From Utricularia gibba (lineage: Eukaryota; Plantae; Magnoliophyta), in NCBI GenBank assembly GCA_002189035.1, contig CM007991.1:1054001-1118000 (forward strand): a stretch of 64,000 nt of DNA, in the 5' to 3' direction. The stretch's first letter is position 1; every line of letters starts with the position of its first letter. Under the pieces are notes generated by a model. That model did not search any database. It had not been told where the DNA came from and saw only the letters and a program-made list of their open reading frames with translations. Below, piece after piece: positions 58,868 through 64,000 of the stretch. The translations under genes and the position numbers were made by a program.

Positions 58868-60426
58868 TCAGAGTTCACCATTTTTCTTTTTCTTCTTACC
58901 CCGGCCCTTGTTTTTCAACCTTCCCGACCACTGTTTTAATCTGCTCCAAGCTTTATTTGCATGATGTTTCAGTTTCTGAGTAAACTCTGTTGCAACTCTC
59001 GGTATCTTCTCTTTCCAATCGTACTTCTTTTCCTTTTGTCTCTCTTTCTCTTTCAGAGCTTTTCCCTGCAAAAGGTTAATTAACATGGGCGGTAAAGGTG
59101 TGGTTTATGCTAGCAGTTTCGAAAAATGAGGCAAGCTCTCACCAGCTTGGATGTTAAATCATCATCGTCCTCTTCATCATCACCTTCTTCATCATCAAAA
59201 TTCTGGCGCATCAAGTCTTCTCGTGAGTACATCTTCATTCCAGGTGCTCCTGGTAATCCCTGGAAAGAATATAGTTTTAGGTGATATATCCTTCGCTTTA
59301 ACCAAACACACTTGGTGTCAGTGAGACCATCTACCTCCATAGATCTCATTAAATTTTCCATTTCAGCTTCTTTTGCTGATTTCTCCATAAAGGGTTCTCC
59401 TGGTATCCTATCCTGGCATACATAAGAAAGGAGGATTAAGTACATGACTGAACTCGTTCCGATCATAAGAATATATGGGAAAAAGGCATCAAGTACAAGA
59501 CCGGAGATCACTTCCGGCATAAGAATATGAAGCAAAGCTTGTAATGTACCTTGGGAACTGGTGGTGGTTCTGAAACGCATGCCTCAGTTAGGTCCTTGCA
59601 GATGAAATTCACCAAAGACTCAATCCGAGGCTTTTTTTGTATGCATACTCAGCTACATCTGTGTCAGAATAGCCCAAAACCTGTTGGAGGCAAAAAAAAT
59701 ATATATGAATCATCACAGTTTCCTGGTATCCGTAACACTCCAAAATACTTGCAAGAATCCGGAAAATGGGCATTTGATAACAAAAGGGATCACAAATCGA
59801 CGAGCCTTGAGACATGTCAATTTTTCTAAAGGGACAGCCTACCTCCTCGCAAGCTCGCTCTATCGTCTTGCACTCCGAATTACAGTGTCCTTCGGAATTT
59901 TGTTCCACAAGCTTGACACAAGAATCCACGGAGTTATTCCCATTTCCAAACAGTGTACAAGAATCCAAACAGGGCTAGTAAGCAACACTTGCATGCATAC
60001 ATACCTTCAGCTTATCCCCCTGTTCTACAATGTCAATTTTAAGAATCCAATCAGCTTCTTTTTTCTTCAGATTACACAAATTCTCAGCAATCTGAATAAT
60101 CTCAAGCTCCGATATCTGCTCCCAGTACGCAAAAGACATTGTGGTCAAAACACCGGCGGAGAAATTAAATCAGGAAAACACAACCCAGTTCAATAAAAAA
60201 GAAGATTCACCTTTTTAGGAGCGATCTCAGCTTCCTTCGAGAGGACCTGTTTATGGAGCTGAGACGCCAACTTCTCACAAACTTGGCATTTTATGTATGG
60301 GATGTCTGCTTTTCTCGCCAATCCCGCTGGTTTCTTAGCGCAATCGGATGTCGGAACCCAACAACATAACAGCATCAATAGCGGAAATAAGCATAAAAAG
60401 AATGAGTTTTTATCAGACGCCGCCAT
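58868..60426 (-). CDS. Canopy/Seele-like saposin-fold ER protein (DUF3456), 7 exons; apparent 1-nt frameshift in exon 4 as sequenced
   Basis: Signal peptide, IPYIKCQVCEKLA, ENLCNLKK, CNSECKTIERAC, VLGYSDTDVAEY; after A7 at 59632-59638 the conserved SLVNFICKDLTEAC lies in another frame. Later exons DRIPGEPF, GLPGAPGMKMYSREDL and the KKKKNGEL* end are intact. Confidence 0.88.
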
Positions 60427-60704
60427 TGAAATGCAGCAGAGCCGCTCGCACAATCGGCACACACAGCCGCCACTACTGCAGTTGCAGAGATAGATCAACA
60501 TTGAACCATGAACGCCTGAAGCGGCGTCGTTTTCACATCGACATGGACTCTTTACTACATTTACGTGGTATACATCTTCCAATTGGTTCACTAGATCCAC
60601 GTCAGATGATGGCTTTTCACACGTTGACTTTGACTTCCTCCCCTTCTGCCACGTCACAAAATCATATAATTTAACACTCTATAAATAATTAAAAGCAATG
60701 CAAA

Positions 60705-60890
60705 GAAGCCCAATTGAATTATCGGACTGGGCTTAACTCGTTTAACGTCCGTACGTAAAAGAGAATTGAATTTCAGCCCAGATCAGTGCAATTTAAGCCT
60801 GTTTAATTATTGCTTCGGCCCAGAAGTGGCCCGTACGTGTCTTAAGAGATGATCTTGGGAAGCCCGATCCGGCCTTTTCTACGGTGGGCT
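60705..60890. promoter_or_regulatory. Divergent Canopy/CutA promoter with a cluster of site II-like elements
   Basis: AGCCCA, TGGGCT, AGCCCA, GGCCCA, TGGGCT and related GGCCC/AGCCC motifs within about 185 bp between two divergent genes. Confidence 0.55.
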
Positions 60891-61554
60891 GTTACTTGTT
60901 ACCTTTCCGGGAGGCGGAGAACAAGAAGACACCACGCGAGGTGACTCTCTCTTGATTCGGTTCGTGTCGAAGATGATAGTCGTATTCGATCTTGGATTCT
61001 ATTTCAAACCTGATTTTTTGTTTCAGCGTCCCTATTTTCTCTAAATATTGTTCTGTTCGTTTTGTACCGCTGCTTGCGATTGATTCTGCAGTTTGGATAC
61101 TGAATTTTTTCCTTGTTGACAAGTGTATTTTCAAGAAAAATGTATAGCTGTATGAGTCTATCAATTTTTTTTTTCCAGAAGCATTCTTTTGTACAGAATG
61201 GCATTCTTGGGACTGACTTTTTTTCGACTTTCGACGGTAGTTCCTTGAGATGTATTTTCTGTATACTTTTCCTGGTTCCGTTGATATCAAGCTGTCAATG
61301 GGATTCCCTATGTCAGTAGATTGGGGCTTTTCCTTTTTTTTGTCCGGTTTATGACATGAAATTAAGAGTTGACTTAAATGGACATGAGAGTTTCTACTGT
61401 ATTTATCAAAAATATTAGCCCTTATTGACTAACGTAATTCGTAGGAATGGGTCAGTGATGAAAGACTCAGTTTTTTACTTCAGTAATCCCTTTTTTATTT
61501 GAACCTTTTTTAGTTTGTCTCAGGTAATGTGGCATGCGTACAAAACCAATTTCA

Positions 61555-62935
61555 ATGGAATTAAAGCTTTCATCCCTTGTCTCCTCAGTGGTTCCTCGTA
61601 GATTGCCACTGGTGGGTGCTATTTGCATGTTTGGGTTGGGTATTTCGAGTCTTGTTTTGCCATACAGTATAGCTTCGCCCCCCTCTTTTGTTCCCCTAAT
61701 TAGGTAATTTTGCGCTAAAATTGCTTAATTTGTATTAGTTTTCCTAGTTTTGCATCTCAAGGTAAGGATTAAAAATTTGTGGTCGTGATGTCACTGATTT
61801 ATGCAGTTCCAGATTTAGTGCACGAACGCCAGACAGGGGAGTGCGTACTGTCAAAATGGAAGCAAACCACACGGTTGTACCCAGCATTGTTGTCTACGTT
61901 ACTGTTCCAAACAAAGAAGCAGGTATTCTCCCTTTCTATTTTCATATTGCTGTGGAGTTTTCCAGGATCAAGTGGTTCCAGTATGCTTTCATATCTTTTA
62001 TAGGGTTCAGACATGCGTTTTTTTATCTTCATTCAGTCATTTGTTCATGATCATCTATTAGTCTTCAGATTGTTTCACATTATGAGACATGTAATTGTTT
62101 CCATTCTTTCCAGCATATAGGGGTGTTTTGAACACCATGTTAATAAATTTGAAGGGTAATATATATATAAAAAAAAAAAGAGAGAGAGAGAGAGCATTTC
62201 AAACAGCTCACCTTTTGAAAATATTTGAACAAAGGTCTAAGGATATCTTAAGATGTCAAAGTGTCAGGATCTGGAGTTTAAGGGGGCATTTGCACAACCT
62301 TTTGACCTTGTAAAACTCCAAATAATGATGATTTTGCATTAATCATTTCATAATTCTTGGCCAACATTTTGTTCCTCGTTCGGTTTTTTTTTTCTTTAAT
62401 GCAGGAATAAAACTTGCTCAAAGCATAGTGAAAGAGCGGCTTGCTGCCTGTGTTAATCGTGTACCAGGCGAGTTCTTTCATTTTGCTCTTTTTGTTTCGT
62501 CAACTGCATGTATGAGGAATGGTGTTTTCATCACTGTTACTATGGAACTGACACTATATATACGTACTCAAAACATTGAAATGCAGGTGTTGAATCCGTC
62601 TATGAGTGGAATGGTGAGGTTAGTATGACTGTAAAGACTTAGAATGCATCCCGTACATTCTTCTTTGTTCAAGGCTTCATCTGAAACAGATACAAACCGA
62701 CTCCGAAGAGTTGCTGATAATCAAGACTCGTGAATCACTTCTGGGACCATTAACAGAGCATGTTAAAGCAAATCACGAGTATGAGTAAGTGCTAATTTGG
62801 AATCAACAAGGTGTAGCAACACTTATGGAGAATGATCCGCACATTTTTTACAGGGTCCCCGAGGTGATTTCGCTGCCCATAACTGGTGGAAACTTACAAT
62901 ATCTCGAATGGATAAAAAAGAGCACAAGGGATTAG
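61555..62935 (+). CDS. CUTA: CutA divalent-cation tolerance protein with N-terminal targeting peptide
   Basis: MELKLSSLVSSVVPRRLPLVGAICMFGL (in-frame ATG also at 61534); VPSIVVYVTVPNKEAG|IKLAQSIVKERLAACVNRVP|GVESVYEWNGE|IQTDSEELLIIKTRESL..HEYE|VPEVISLPITGGNLQYLEWIKKSTRD*. One GC-AG intron at 62468-62586. Confidence 0.93.
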
Positions 62936-63256
62936 GTTAGTTGCCCCCCTTGGATCCATCTAGTACTGCACATTTCCTTCACATCTGTAATGGCACCTCA
63001 TGGCATTTCCTCTCACCCTGTAACTGAAACTCAAAATAAGGTTTGATGGGAAAATGTTCACCATTTGAGAAGTATACTGCTGATATGATTGCTTCGAATC
63101 AAAGGTTTAGGTGTAAAGTCATATTTGCTCTGCTCAATGCGAATCTTTTCCTTGCATTAAAAAGCTGTTGAGCATCGAATAAATCCGATGCACTGACTTT
63201 AATTCACCATTACAGAGACCCTGTTTCTCCCCATCCCTATCAGCTGTTTCTCCGGC

Positions 63257-64000
63257 ATGGCCCTGAGCCACAGCGTCACTGCTTCCCTCAACTTCATCGC
63301 CCTCATGTGCTCCATCCCGATAATCTCCACCGGCATCTGGCTCTCCTTCGACCGTGACAACGACTGCGTGGGCTGGCTCCGGTGGCCGTTTACCATCATC
63401 GGAGCAGCCTTCCTTGTAGCCACCCTGCTGGGATTCCTGGGAGCATACTTCACCAAAAAGGGCCTCCTCCGCCTCTATCTGGTCTGCATGCTTATGCTCC
63501 TCGTCCTACTCCTCGTTCTCCTCGTCCTCGCTAACGGAGTCGCCGCCCCCAGCGGTGCGCAAGCCGTTCCCGGGGCGGCGTTCCAGGAGTACAGACTGGA
63601 CGGATTCTCATCCTGGCTGAGGGAGCAGGTTTACTGGGACGGGATCAGGAGGTGTGTAGCGGACTCCGGCGTCTGTGAGAGGCTGAACCGTAGGGTGGTT
63701 TCCAGTTCCCAATTCTTCGCCACAGAGCTATCTCCAATTGAGGTAATAATTCCAGTTACTATATTTTACCTGCTTTTTTAAAAGCTTATTTATCTTCAAT
63801 TTCCATTATTATAATATTATTTCAAATAGGATTTTTTTTTATTTTTAAGAATTTATATAAACTGAAATTCTATTTTATTAAAATAAATCATTTTTATTTT
63901 GAACATGGTTCGGAGTGGGGTATAACAGTCATTTCATCTTTTTGGTGTAGTCGGGATGCTGCAAGCCTCCACTGGTCTGCGGTTTCCAATACTGCAGCCC
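63257..64000 (+). CDS. TET: Tetraspanin (TET2-like), 3'-truncated by window end
   Basis: Hydrophobic TM segments, EYRLDGFSSWLRE, LSPIE|SGCCKPP (plant GCCK/RP motif) across intron 63743-63950. Confidence 0.92.

Noticed and set aside
61748-61761. Apparent 14-nt micro-exon in CutA (ag|TTTTGCATCTCAAG|gtaagg)
   Set aside because: Flanking introns would be only about 44-45 nt, inclusion shifts frame, and direct splicing 61703 to 61807 is already in frame.

Overview
This is eukaryotic nuclear DNA from a flowering plant (eudicot-like), not a prokaryote. It is very gene-dense: about 17 protein-coding genes plus one tRNA in 64 kb, mostly short introns (many 70-130 nt), AT-rich spacers, and no intact transposon or CRISPR array. 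Gene order: WVD2-like/TPX2 (-), KED-like (-), UBP12/13 (+), tRNA-Arg(CCT) (+), SAM-domain protein (-), GH3 beta-glucosidase (-), LRR pseudokinase (-), plant cysteine oxidase (+), TT9/GFS9 (-), HAT1/HAG2 (+), PqqL-like M16 protease (+), Cand1-like multi-TM protein (-), PHD-SWIB-Plus3 protein (+), secretory PLA2 (-), Xaa-Pro dipeptidase (+), Canopy/DUF3456 (-), CutA (+), tetraspanin (+, runs off the end). Gene models were built by manually splicing exons, and family names are from recognition of motifs, not database searches. I found no clearly new multi-gene system. The best-supported observations are an apparent 1-nt frameshift in an A7 run of the Canopy gene, a U12 AT-AC intron and two GC-AG introns. 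More speculative leads are a Cys-rich uORF in the cysteine oxidase leader, a Met-Cys uORF in frame with the PHD gene, an AUG-stop minimal uORF, a tRNA wedged between two convergent genes, and a duplicated cluster of MSA-like AACGG motifs.
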